From the human T2T-CHM13v2.0 reference genome, Homo sapiens, in assembly GCF_009914755.1 (NCBI RefSeq), contig NC_060948.1: DNA of 64,000 nucleotides. One strand, given 5' to 3'. Positions 44,702 through 59,016 of this stretch are shown piece after piece. Positions within the stretch are counted from its first letter, which is position 1. Each line of letters opens with the position of its first letter. The position numbers and the translations under genes were made by a program. Under the pieces are notes generated by a model, which saw nothing but the letters and a program-made list of their open reading frames with translations, searched no databases and had not been told where the DNA came from.

Positions 44702-44800
44702 CATGACACGTTATGGACTAAAACACAAACGATAAAAGGGTTACCTATTTACCGCTAACGCATTACCAGTCGTCCAACTGCTGAAGATAAGAAAAATGTA

Positions 44801-44802
<2 letters not shown>

Positions 44803-44836
<34 letters not shown>
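44803..44836. repeat. (TG)n microsatellite
   Basis: Pure TG run of about 17 units. Confidence 0.97.
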
Positions 44837-44837
<1 letters not shown>

Positions 44838-47800
44838 CATTTTAGCATTAAGTTTATAATGTACCCTTACTTTTAGTTAATAAAATATGTTTCCATCAAA
44901 AAAGGGTCGTCTAATTAAAATTTCTTCATCTGAAAAAGCTACCCACCATATTGAAAGCAATGACAATTTTTTTCTGTACAATAGCAATAATAATAATAAT
45001 TGCTCTAAGTAATATTACAAATTTAGTGTTATTACAAAGTACTTGGATACATGTTTGATATTTTCTATTGGAAAATGTCTTTCATTTGCAAATATACCTA
45101 GGGAAGCAGTAGGTCAAATGAAAAAGAAATTGTTCTCTTGAAATGTTATACTGCTCATGATTCAGTAAATGGGTATAGTTCATATCCTGTTCAAATAAAG
45201 AGGAAAGACTCATAGACCTTTTTCTGCTTATAAGCTTCTATTTTACCAGGTGAAGTCTTGATAATTCCATCAAACTTGGAACCTAATTAGAAAAGTGACT
45301 GATTTATATCTTCTCAGCTGTGTGAACATAATTCTGCCTATTGAATTGAGGGGTTGTTAATCCCTGGCAATCATGTTTGTGCCAACTTGACTGGTGATCT
45401 TAGACTATTTCCAGTCATAGGAGGTTGAAAAGCATGTGGATTTTAGAAAAGAAACAGGGAAAAGATGATGATTCTAAATAAAAACAGAACAGGACTAAAC
45501 AAAAGTCTTGATATGATGAAGTTCAGAAAATAAAAGATTCTGTGAAATGTACTGGTGAATGCTTGGGGAAATGAAGAAATAAAATGAAGCTTTTTCAGCT
45601 TGATTAACGTCTGACTTTTTGTTAACAGAAGTGGAATATGAGAATAGGTTTTATCTTCTAATGGAAAAAAGTATTTTGAAAAATGCTTTCTAGTTCACAT
45701 AGTTTAACAACAACAAAAATTTTAATATACAATGCTGAGACTAGTAAAAAATCAAATCCCAAGGGGGAAAAAGATTACTGAATCATATAATTAAACTATA
45801 CTTTACATATAGGTTTACTATAAATAATTTAGAATTTCAAATATGATCAGTGTATTTTCCAAAGTATGCATTTGCATTATATTTATAGAGGTAATCAATC
45901 TGTCTTATAAAGACTCAGATTTTACAATTTTCTTAATTTCCTCCTGTGTTAGAAAATAAAACACACAATGTCAAACGACGAGAACAACCTCAACCACAAA
46001 CACAACCATCTATATATGAAGGTTCATTTCAGAGAACAGTATCTTTCTAACATTTGGCATCTGCCATCTTCAGGACCATTTCAGAGAAAAGGGACTGACC
46101 TGGCAAGAGAAATGTAAGATAAGGTGATCTATGATAGGCACGACTGGGTGTTTTTCTGACAATGACTTGCTAAATAAAAGAATGACTTTTTGTGAAAGAT
46201 GTGAGAATGTAAGCCTGGATTGATTTATGTGAGGTATTGTCCAGGCTGAATGTGAACTAAATAATGTCTCACAGTACCCAATATTTTATTAATTGTTTCC
46301 CATCAAGGGCAAATTGGAGAATAGATAACAATAATCTGAATGATTCGAACCTTCCCTATTCTACCCTATCCCATAACTTTTATCCTCCCTTCTTTTGTTG
46401 CAATTGTCTGTGCATTTAAAAAACCCAAAATATAAAAAACAGAGCTTGAGTGTGTGTGTGCATGCATACCAAATTTCAAATGTGAGTTGGAATTGCATCA
46501 GAGATCTCTCTGAAAGCCAATTCAGGCTCTTGAGAAAATTGTCAACAATTAGTAGTGACATAGCTACATCACATTACCATTCTTTTGGTAAAGCTGGCAA
46601 TGGTATAAACTTTCCATAGCCTTCGTGGTAATTCAAACATGGATTGCTTTATGCCCAGTGAAATAAACTTTGAGATAAGAAAATTAATCATGTGAACTAG
46701 TTTTCAAGGGAAATACAGTGTACCAGAACACTGGTCTTAAATATATAACATTAGATAGCCAACTGTATAAAAAGGACTGCTCATTTTAAATGGGATTTGT
46801 GTCTTTATTAAATTTTATCTCATGGGATTTTTATTTCTGCCTAAATATATATAGCATTAATTATACGAAAATTAATAAAATCAAATTTATTTTCTAAAGT
46901 ATTCACTTAATTCAGACATTTATGTGAAGTAGGCTTCCCCTTCCATCTTCTCTTCCCAGCTTCACTTCCTATCATGAAAAGTTACATCCATAAACTTTGG
47001 GTGAAATACCTCTTGAGCAATGCTACCTGATTCAATAAAGTTTTTTCTCTATTTGTAAAAAATGTTACTGTTTTCATATATCAAGTCCATCAAACTATAC
47101 TCTGTAATTGTTGACTTCTGTGATTTTTAACAAATATTGTCATAGTGCAATGATAGCATTTTCATTCACAGGGGCTCAGCTCTGTCTTCTTTTGGTAAAA
47201 ATTGCTTGCTCTAAGATGATAGATTAATCTCAAAATTGATGGATTGATTTCTCTTTTTTTATTGGTTGGTTTAAGCAAACCAGTATGTAAAAACTATCAC
47301 ATAATTTTAAATAGTTTTTTAAGTTGAATCTCTTTCCTATCTGCCTTAAACCTCTTTGTGTTAATTAATTCTGTGGTTTTAACTGAACTTTTATCTTGAA
47401 AAATATCAGTAAACTCATCCAAATTGAGAAGTAAATGTGATATGTTTTCCCTTTGTGAAATGTCTTTCCATGTTTTTCAAAATCTTCCTGTAAGTTTCAT
47501 TTACTTTATCCTTACCTATCATGTGGATATTGTTATTAGAGCTTCCTTAGCAATAATAATCACAAAACTATGTGTGTGTGCATGTGCACATATATGAAGT
47601 ATATATATACATACTCTGTAAACTCAATCCAGTGAATGTTAAGGAGTCTGCTATGGATCTACTTAACTGAGTCAATTTATCTTCTTGAACATCACAATCT
47701 TCGTAACGATTAAAAGGAGCCAATGTTTTATACTTTCCACTTGGTCCAGTGACCTATTTGACTTGCTTATGTAAGTCCTCTTTCCTCAACCTTACAAAAG

Positions 47801-47889
47801 GTAGAATAATCAGGGCCTTCAGGATTATATCCTAGCTTGGCCTGTTTAAGACCTTCTGCGAGCATGCTAGCAAAAGAAAAGTTCCCTAG

Positions 47890-48239
<350 letters not shown>

Positions 48240-49355
48240 AAAAAAATTTTTTAAGTTCTGATTCTGCTGCTTACTATACTGTTTGGCCTTGGACATTTTG
48301 AACCACATTTCTTCATTTGCAAAATGAGGACCATAATGCTTCATAAAACTTCATTTGTTGTGATAATACATTACACATGCCTAGTGCTTAATACAATGTA
48401 TTGGCAGATGAAGAAATCCATATAGAGAAGATGAGTAACTCACTCAAGCTCACACAGTAGGCAGCAGTGGAATTGGGTGTTATCTCATTCATAATTGAAG
48501 CCAAACTTGTATTTATCCTTCTATTATAGTAGCAAATAGACTTCTTTATTATCTCTATCAAAACATGATACAAAATTGATCTCTTCCTCTCTCCTAATGC
48601 CATCTTATATGTGCTTTATCTTTTTATTTTTACTTTATGATTAAATTAATATCATTCTGGCAACGTACTTAAGTATAATTAATTATGACTCCTTCTTTGC
48701 TCAAGATAAAAATATATCATTAGTGACTATGAACTCATCTATCAAAAAGGGTATTAACCTATCTGTTCTAATTAGTTCAATTTATTATAGGGATTAGAAA
48801 ACAAATATCATAGTGACGTCATATTCTTTGTTTTTTTGACTTATGACAGGTAAATCAAAAGTGTACCCTTTATTATTAGTTAATTTTTAATAATCTCAGT
48901 ACAGTCAAATAGTATACTTCATTTCTTCAGTATGTCATATTTACAAGGATATACTTTGTCTTTATTCCTCTCATTCATTTTGCCTTCATATGCTCTTTTT
49001 AAGTACATTTTAATAGTAAAAGCCCCCAAAAACATGTAAATCTTTTGAGCTTTTGAGGGTTTCTGACCAAAGATAACAATAGTATCAATAGCTGTATCTT
49101 TGGAGATTTGAATTTTTACTATAATGGTTGAAAAATAATACTGACAAACATTAAGCACTTTCTTTGTCCTGTGGGATAGGGTGGAGGGAAAAACTGATTG
49201 GCTTCTAATTACATAAGAGAGGAGATAGGATAATTAGACACCACTTGTAAAAATAATTCCAAGTACAGGAAAAATGCTGATAAATACAAATCTTGTGGGG
49301 ATAAAGGAGAGAAATAGAAAGGAATCAACATGAACACTTAACGGTATTTATAGAA

Positions 49356-51874
49356 TAAGCATACCTCGACGATATTGTGGGCTCAGTTCCAGACCATTGC
49401 AATAAAGTGAAATACTGATAAATACAAATCTCTCAGATTTTTTTTTGGTTTCCCAATGCATATAAAAATTGTGTTTACATTAAGCTATAGTCTATTAAAT
49501 GTGCAAGAGCATTATGTCTTTTAAAATGTATATACCTTAGTTTAAAAATATTGCTAAAAAATGCTGAAGATCATCTGCACCTTCAGGGGATAGTAATCTT
49601 GTTGCTGGTGGAAGGTCTTACCTCAATATTGATGGTTACTGACTGATCAGAGTGGTGGTTGCTAAAGGTTGGAGTGGCTGTGGCATTTTTTTTTTTTTTT
49701 TTTTTTTTTGTAGAAACAGGATTTCGCCATGTTGACCAGGCTGGTATTGAATTCCTGGACTTGAGTAATTCTTCTGTCTTGGCCTCCCAAAGTGCTGGAA
49801 GTACAGGCATGAGCCACCACACCTGGCCTGGCAATTTCTTAAAATAAGACAACAGTGATGTCTGCTGCATCAATTGACTCTTCCTTTCACAAAAGATTTC
49901 TCTGTAGCCTGCCATGCTGTTTGATAGTATTTTACCCATTGTAGAACTTCATTAAAAAATTGGAGTCAGTCCTCTCACTGCTGCCACTTTATCAACTAAG
50001 CTTACATAATATTGTAAATCCTTTATTTATATTTCAACAATGTCCTCAGGATCTTCACCAGTAGTAGTTTCTATGTCAAGAAACCATTTTCTTTGCTCAT
50101 CCTTAAGAAGCAACTCCTCATCTGTTAAAATTTTATCATGAGATTGGAGCAGTTCAGTCACATCTTCAGGCTCCACTTTTAATTCTAGTTCTCTTGCTAT
50201 TTCCACCACATCTGCAGTGATTTCCTTCACTGAAGTCTTAAACCTCTCAAAGTCGTCCATGAAGGTTGGAATAAACTTCTTCCAAACTCCTGTTAATGTT
50301 AGTATTTTGACCCCCCTCCCATGAATCATGAATGTTCTTAATGGCATCTAGAATGGTGAACCTTATCCAAATAATTTTCAATTTATTTTACACAGATGTA
50401 TCAGAGGAATCACAATTCAATGCAGCTATACCCATGGAAAATATGTTTATTAAATAATGAGATTTGAATATCAAAATTATTCTTTGATTCATGGACTATA
50501 GAATGAATGTTGTGTTAGCAAGAATGAAAACAACTTTAATCTGCTCGTATGTCTCCATTAGAGCTCTTGACTGACCAGGTACATTGGCAATGAGCAGTAA
50601 TATGTTGAAAGGAATCTTTTTTTCTCAGCCGCAGATCTAAACAGTTGGGTTAAAATATTCAGTAAACCATGCTACGAAAATATGTGCTGTCATTCAGGCT
50701 TTGATGTTCCATTTATAGAGTTCAGGCTCAGTTCATCTAGCGTAATTCTTAAGTGCCCTAGGTTTTGCAGAATGGTCAATGAGCACTGGTTTCAAATTAA
50801 AGTTGTCAAATGCATTAGCTACTAACAAGAGAATCAGCCTGTCCTCTGAAGCTTTGAAGCTAGGCATTGACTTCTTTTCTCTATGAAAGTCCTACATGGT
50901 ATCTTCTTTCACTCTATGGCTGCTTCATCTACATTGAAAATCTGCTGTTTAGTGTAGCCACCTCCATGAATTACTTTAGCTAGATCTGGATAACTTCCTG
51001 CAGTTTCTTCATCAGCACTTGCTGCTTCACTTTGCACTTTTTTGTTATGAAGATAGCTATTTTCCTTCAACCTCATGAACCAACCCCTGCTAGCTTCAGC
51101 GTTTTCTTCTGCAGCTTCCTTACCTCTCAGCCTTCATAGAATTAATCTTTTCTCTGGATTAGGCTTTAGCTTAAAGGAATGTTGGGACTGGTTTGAACTT
51201 CTGTTCAGACCAGCAAAACTTTCTCAATATTAGCAGTAAAGCTGTTTTGCTTTTTTGTAATTAATGTGTTAACTGGAATATAACTTTTACTTTTCTTCAA
51301 GACCTTGTCCTTTGCAGCCACAACTTGGCAAACTATTTGGTGCAAGAGGTCTAGCTTTTGGCTTATCTTGGCTTTTGACATGTCTTTCTCACTAAGCTTA
51401 ATCATTTCTACCTTTGATATAAAGTTAGATATGCATGACTCTTTTTCACTTGAACACGTAAGATGCCATTTTACGGTTATTAATTGGCCTGATTTCAGTA
51501 TTGTTGTGTGTCAGGAAATAGGCCAGAAGAAAAAGAGAGAGATGGGAAAATGGCTGGTCAGTGGAGTAATCATAACACACACATTTATTGATTGTTCGCC
51601 CTCTTATCTGGGCCTGGTTTGTGGTATCCCAAAGCAATTATAATAGTGACATCCAAGGCCACTAATCACCATAACAGATATAATAATAATGAAAACGTTT
51701 GGAATATTGTGAGAGTTACCAAAATGTGACACAGAGACCCAAAGTAAGCACACGCTGTTAGAAAAACGGCATGGATAGACTTGTTGGACACAAGGTTGCC
51801 ACAGATCTTCAATATGTAAAAAACACATCTGTAAAGAACAACAAAGTGAAGTGCAGTAAAATGTGGTATGCTTG
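49356..51874 (-). mobile_element. Tigger1 DNA transposon, near full length, decayed pogo-like transposase
   Basis: Terminal inverted repeats taagcatacctc...gtggtatgcttg followed by TA. Transposase fragments MIKLSEKDMSKAKISQKL (51205-51405) and [10 protein letters not shown]...[17 protein letters not shown] (50027-50347). Confidence 0.93.
49686..49828 (-). mobile_element. FLAM_C-like Alu monomer inserted in Tigger1
   Basis: Left-arm monomer with T-tail; flanks tggcattt/tggcaattt; Tigger1 resumes after it. Confidence 0.85.
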
Positions 51875-54404
51875 TAAATGTTATATTATTGTGTTTACAA
51901 CATGCTGCGCTGAGCAATTTACAGATGTTATATCTAATTTTCAAAATAGTCCTTCTGAAGAAGAGGAATTCCAAACTCACTGTGGAGCTTAAGAAAAAGT
52001 GGGTAACATATTGTGGTGAGAGAGTTAATTAACTTTCCTAAGATCAAAAATTTTAAAGTGCCAAAACAAAAAATCAAGGCCAAGTCAGTCTGACCCTAAG
52101 AATAATGCTTCTCCCAGAACTTTACATCACTTGGATGAAATGTATCCAAGAGTTATTCTCAGCAGTTAAGATTTGGCCACTAAGAAAGTAAGGCTTTCTG
52201 ACAAATCTGCCATAGATGGGCCATTCAGAGAGTGAGCTAAATATAAAGGAAAGAAAATAAGAGGCAAGGCCTCCTGCACTATTTTAATGATATGCACATC
52301 TTTTAAAATGTGTCTTATTTTAATGTCTTTTCCCCCAGAATAACATCAAAGCGACAGGCAATCCATTCTGTAGTTGCTATCCAATGTCATATCTATTTTT
52401 CTCAGTGATGCACTGCTTTTTGACCAAAATAATGATATTTATTAGTTTGGATGAGTCACCTTTTTTTGCATAGTACTCAGCCCACTGGCTTCTTTGAATC
52501 CCTTTCTAGATATACAGGGAATAGTTACTATTAGTCTAGCTCTAAAATTTTATATTATTAAATTGCTCCACAAATGTTGCATCCAGTCATTTCCTCTTCA
52601 TTTTTCTCTCTTAAGGTGTTAGAGAGCTGTGAGCTACATTTTCTTTCTATAAAAAGCAAGAGTAACGTTAGACATCGCTCAGATCTCAGAAGAAAACATG
52701 TTGAATGATGATTGAAATTTGACATTAACTAGTGCTATTGCAGTCTTAACTGAAGGTCACAGGATATGTGACCACCAAAATTCCCTCCTAGACTCAGTGG
52801 TGGATGCCAGAGATTTTCTCCACTGTTTTCCTTATCTGCTTTCGTCACTCTGTCCCATAAAGTTCACAGGGCTTCTCTAAGGGAAGGGTCAGGCACTGTA
52901 GTGAACACTTATCTTTTCTTTTAAAGACTTCCAGAGATAGAGGTTTTGCAGCAGTGAATCAGTATGCCTTTCTGGTAGTTCGCATTGTCATGAAATTCTT
53001 TCTTTTATTTTCACTTTTCTTACTCCCCAATCCAAAGCTTCTTCTCTTTTTGTTTTTCTTCTTTTTATTATCCTTCACCTCACAATCCATCATACATTTG
53101 TTTTTATGTAATTTTTAGCATTTTTTTCAAATGAAATAGGCCATTTTAGATTCTTTTTTATGAATCAATTTTTCAATTAAGGTGAGTTCTTTCTGAGATT
53201 AGAATTTTTTTCTGTATGCAGTACTAGGGAGGTTACAAGCCATATGAGTAAACGCTTAGCACAGAAGACAAGAGATTGGTGTTCGAGAACATTTCAAAAG
53301 TGGCTTCAAATGCAAAACTACACAGAGCAAAATTTCTGTTTTCATTTATTACATATTATATGGAGTTAAATGTTAAATACTATTATACCTCAGTACCGTG
53401 ATTCTGCCTTTATCTTCATTGATTTTAAACAAAAGATCTCTTTTCCATCTTCTCGCTTTAAGTTGCTCTAGAGTTGCGAATCGGGGTTTATAATCTGAAG
53501 CAAATACATCAAGACATAAATCAGGTTAACAGGGGAAAATCCAGATGTCCAAATTCTACTCTACGTCTTTTATCCAAAATTTGAATTATTTGCCTGTTCA
53601 TTTTTCAGAAGCGACTTCTGCAAATACACATTATAGTAAAACGAATGAGACAAGAATATTTATTTTTCTGGCTTATATTCTGATTTCTGACATGTTATCT
53701 TCCAATATGGGTATCTACTGCCCATATTGATATCTACTGCCCATAGCAACTGCCCAGTTGTCAGTAACCCCATCCCTATTTTTGTACCCATTAAAAAAAA
53801 GATTTGTGTTTAGTTTCATTGGAGCAGTAGTTTTCAGCATGAATTTGACCTTTTTTTTTTTTCTAAGACCAATTACTAATTAAATTTATCATCTGGTATT
53901 CTGTTCTTTGTCCCTTCAATAGACTGTTGTTTCAATCTCTTGCCATTCTGTGACTTGACATTCCCTTGAGATGTGATAACTAACTAAAGTTAACTTAATA
54001 GCAGCATAGAAAATTCAGAGAGTATCATCTGTACAAGTGTATGTGTATAGTAATACCTAAAATTTAGTACAGGGCATGTGCTTGTGTCTCTAATCAGGAC
54101 CTTGTGTTTTTGCTATGAGGAACTCTATGATTTCTAATAATTAATCCTCAACCTACCACAGAATTAACTCTGACAGTTGGGAACACCTAAATGTTTTCCC
54201 TACTCAGTTAATATAAAACAGTGCCAGAAAGGAATCCTTAAATGGAAACTTGGAAGAATATTCATAAACTATTACATGTCTTCAATCAACCCACAAAATG
54301 AACTTAAACCTCATTTTTATTAAATGAACTTAACCTTTGTATCTATGCAGTATTACAATTAACATTAGCATAACTCTCTTATTAATTTTGAATTCTTTTT
54401 GTCA

Positions 54405-54869
<465 letters not shown>

Positions 54870-55571
54870 GTAGAATTACTATCTTATCAGTTCTTGGCCA
54901 ACCATGTACACAACTGAATATTGAAAAGTTAATACATTCTTTATCAACCTTGCCTTACAAATATTATAACAATATCCTTTCTTGAAGCTAGTTTTTTGAA
55001 GCTTTAATTGATAACCATTTAAAAGAAAAATATTTCAATAATAATGCAAATTTCGTGAGGGCATGGAATTCATTCATTGGGTCATTTTCTTATTTTTTGC
55101 TCCAATTTTTTAAATTTTAGAAGATTAAACACGGAGTGCTACAGGGTGACCTAAGAATGAATTGGGATACAATACTAACAAATAGAATTCAGTACTTGGG
55201 CTCCAGATTCCCTGTTGCTCCCTGTAGCCAAATCTTTTTCAGGGATCAGAATATAATAGGTCAGTATCTGAACTTTGAAGAGTATCTGCCCTTAAAATAA
55301 AATTCATTCTTAATTCATCACGGGAGATGTATGTCCTCGTAGGCTGACTTTAGCATTTTTTTTCTTTTTTCTTCTACAACCTGCAACATAACATTTGGTA
55401 TATGGTTCCAGTTCTATGATCATTAGCAGCCTTTGGAGTACTGTAGGTGTGGCAAAAATGAAGTGAAGAAAAGAAGAATTTTCAAATTCCTTCATGAAGC
55501 TAAGACTTTAGGAGAATTGAGATTTTTTTAATAAGCTCTACTCTAATTGCTTGCTTAATAGTTCATGTTTA

Positions 55572-56683
55572 CAATGGGGAGCCATTGTTCGCACACTACC
55601 CATCTGACAAGTGATTCATAACCAGAATATATAAGGAGCTCAAATAACTCAATAGGAAAATATTAATAATACCATCAGAAATGGGCAAAATATATCCATA
55701 GACATTTCTGAAAAGAAGACACCCAAATCTCATACAAGCATCTGAAAAAGTGCTCAGCATCATTGAACATCAGATAAATGCAAATCCAAACTGCAATGAG
55801 ATATCCTCTCACCCCAGTTAAAATGGCTTTTATCCAAAAGGCAGGCAATACCATATGCTAGTGCAGATGTGGAGAGAAGGGAACCCTAGTACCGTGTTGG
55901 TGGAAATGTAAATTAGTACAACCACTATAGAGAACAGTTTGGAGTTCCCTCAAAAAAACAAAAATTGAGCTACCATATGATCCAGCAATCCCATTGCTTG
56001 ATATATACCAAAAAGAAAGGAAAACAGTATATTGAAGAGACATTTGCACTCCTATGTTTGTTGCAGCACTGTTTACAATAGCTAAGATTTGTAAGCAACC
56101 CAACTTTCCATCAACAGATGAATGGAGAAAGAAAATGTGGTACATACACACAGTGGTATACTATTTAGCCATAGCAAAGAATGAGCTCTTGCCATTTGCG
56201 ACAACACCTATGGAACTGAAGATCATTATGTTAAGTGAAATAAACCAGGTGCAGAAAGACAAACATTGCATGTTCCCACTTTTTTGTGGGATCTAAAAAT
56301 AAAATCAATTGAACTCAGGAAGGTAGAAAGTTGAAGGATGGTTACCAGAGTCTGGGAAGGGTAGCCGGGGTTTGGGATGAGGTGGAGATGGTTAGTGGGC
56401 CCAAAAATACAGAAAGAACAAATAAAACCTACAATTTGATGACACAATAGCGTCACTATAATCAATAATAACTTAATTGTACATTTTTAAATAACTTAAA
56501 AAGTGTAATTGGATTGTTTTAAATTCAAAGGATAAATGCTTGAGGGGAGAAATATCTCATTCCCCATGATGAGATTATTTCACTTTGCATGCCTGTATCA
56601 AAACATCTCAGGTACCCCATGAATATATACACCTGGTATGTACCCACAAAAATTAAATAAAAAATTAGAAATTAAAAAAAAAA
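55572..56683 (+). mobile_element. L1MA1-3-type 3' end
   Basis: [12 protein letters not shown]...KKMWYIHT; 3'UTR aaggataaatgcttgagggg...gcctgtatcaaaacatctc...tacccacaaaaattaaa. Confidence 0.88.
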
Positions 56684-57511
56684 GTATTATGATTTCAATT
56701 CCCATGAAGAATATTTGAAATTAGTGAACACATTTTTTCTTGCTAAATTACACATGGTATTATTAACATATCTTTAGAAAGGTTATAACTTATTTTAAAG
56801 CACTAGACACTGTCTCAAATGAGCCAGTCTTATTTACTATAATAAGCTAGAAAATTAGCCCTAAAATTAATTTACTTTAAAACATTTATCAGACCCTAAA
56901 GCTAAAAGAAAATACTTTTTAAAAGAGCAACACATAAAATATATTCTCCTATTTAAAAATCCTGCCCATGAGAAGGGATCTAACATAATTGAGTATTTCT
57001 TGGGAAGAACATTTACTCATGTATTCAAGATCCAACTGAATTGTTCAGCCCAAATATCTGAATTTTACTTTGCTGACAGAACTAAGTTTCTTCATTTCAA
57101 GCAGTAATATCCAGCATATTGGATATTATAGATTTATAATGAATAAATGAAAGAGTACATGAGTGAATTAAGTGGACCCTTATCTGACATATTTCAAGAT
57201 AGCTCTTTTAGCATAAGGGGCATTCTACATTTCGGGGTGAATTATTAGAACTACTTCTAAATGTACTCTTATTCCCAGACACGAATCATAAACAGAATGA
57301 GATTGATAACTGGGGGATTAATAGTGAAAACGGTCTCTTTATTTGATTAAAAGAATTTGCGTCATTTTTCTAGAACAGGAGTATACATAATGTACCTAGC
57401 AAAATTAAAGAGAAGATTTAGTTTAAGAAAATAAAAATTATATGCACACACACATATACAGACATACGCACATGTGCATATCCTACATGTATTTAATGAG
57501 TCCTAAGTTGT

Positions 57512-57835
<324 letters not shown>

Positions 57836-58914
57836 TGATGGGAATCCTTAGAGAAATTCCAGTTCAACCCATTTCCATATAATCCTGCCAGTGTTATTAT
57901 ATTTCTCTATATTTTAATAAGAATTCAAATTATTATGTCAAAATCTCTAAGAAAAGAAGACGTAATGTTTTAATGAAGTTTTAAGTATGAAAAAAAGAAC
58001 ATTCAGTTGTCTTTTAAAAATACTACCTACAAATGCATACTGTAACTCTGGTGACAAAATGAGAATATCAGCATTAAGACCCAGAAAATAAGGTGCATGT
58101 TAAGCCCTATTATTTGTAACATTATTAATTGGTGAAAGATAAGTGCAGGATTGATAAAGGTCACAGAGGGATATGCTGCATGAGATAATTAGATCCACAT
58201 ACTTTAAACAAACCCAGCCTTACGTTAGATTTAGATCGCTGTCTGAACTAAAGGGTAGAATGCTTTAATGCACCACTTTATCCTGAGCATTATATTTCAC
58301 ACTGTGGAAAGTTGCCATTTTTATGGGTTTATAGGATGAAAAAATTTTCTGGAGAAAAAAACACAGTAGGATTGATGTTTACCGAAATAGGCAGTGATTA
58401 GCGAGCCATCTGTGTTGATGTAACAGGCACATCACCATTGTTTGTTTCTGGATGAGTTATTAATGCTAGATGCATCAGTCATGGTTTCCATCATTAATTT
58501 AGATTTATTCCATGGCTGAAAAGGTTATTCTAACAGTGGAACATGCCTGTGATACCTTTCAGAGAAATGCTAATCACAGTCCACTGAATCTGTATGTATT
58601 ATTTAGTGCCATTACCAATCCTAAAGCTTTCTAGATTTTTACTTCTCTATTATTTGTGTTCATAGATCTTGGTAATGCTATATAGCATTCACACTATGAT
58701 AATAAAGAGCAACTATAGGAGTTATAGCCAGTCTAGGGTCTTGCTCAGAGTAGCATTGAGATGGGAGAGAATGTGCAGAGGATTAAGGAATTTAAAATTA
58801 TGAATAATTAGACATAAATAGCACAGAACAGGTCACACATCTGTTGGCTAAGTGTCAGTGATTGAGGAAAAAGAAAAAAATAATTACCTTACTCGAAGAT
58901 CGATAAGCAGAGAC

Positions 58915-59016
58915 CAGCATTTCCTAAAGTATGTTCTATTGAAGACTAATACAAGGAGATACTTTTAAAAGTAAAAATAAATAAATAAAGGTGCAGTGGT
59001 CTATTGTGTTTGGGAA
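58915..59016. mobile_element. hAT-Charlie MITE relic (MER103-like)
   Basis: cagcatttcctaaagtatgttc...gtggtctattgtgtttgggaa resembles the recalled consensus; heavily decayed. Confidence 0.4.

Noticed and set aside
44486-44704. 72-aa SNX3-like ORF as a functional gene
   Set aside because: Frameshift after FLEI and most of the PX domain missing; treated as a pseudogene.
49356-51874. Domesticated TIGD1-like transposase gene
   Set aside because: The reading frame is broken into short fragments by stops and frameshifts.
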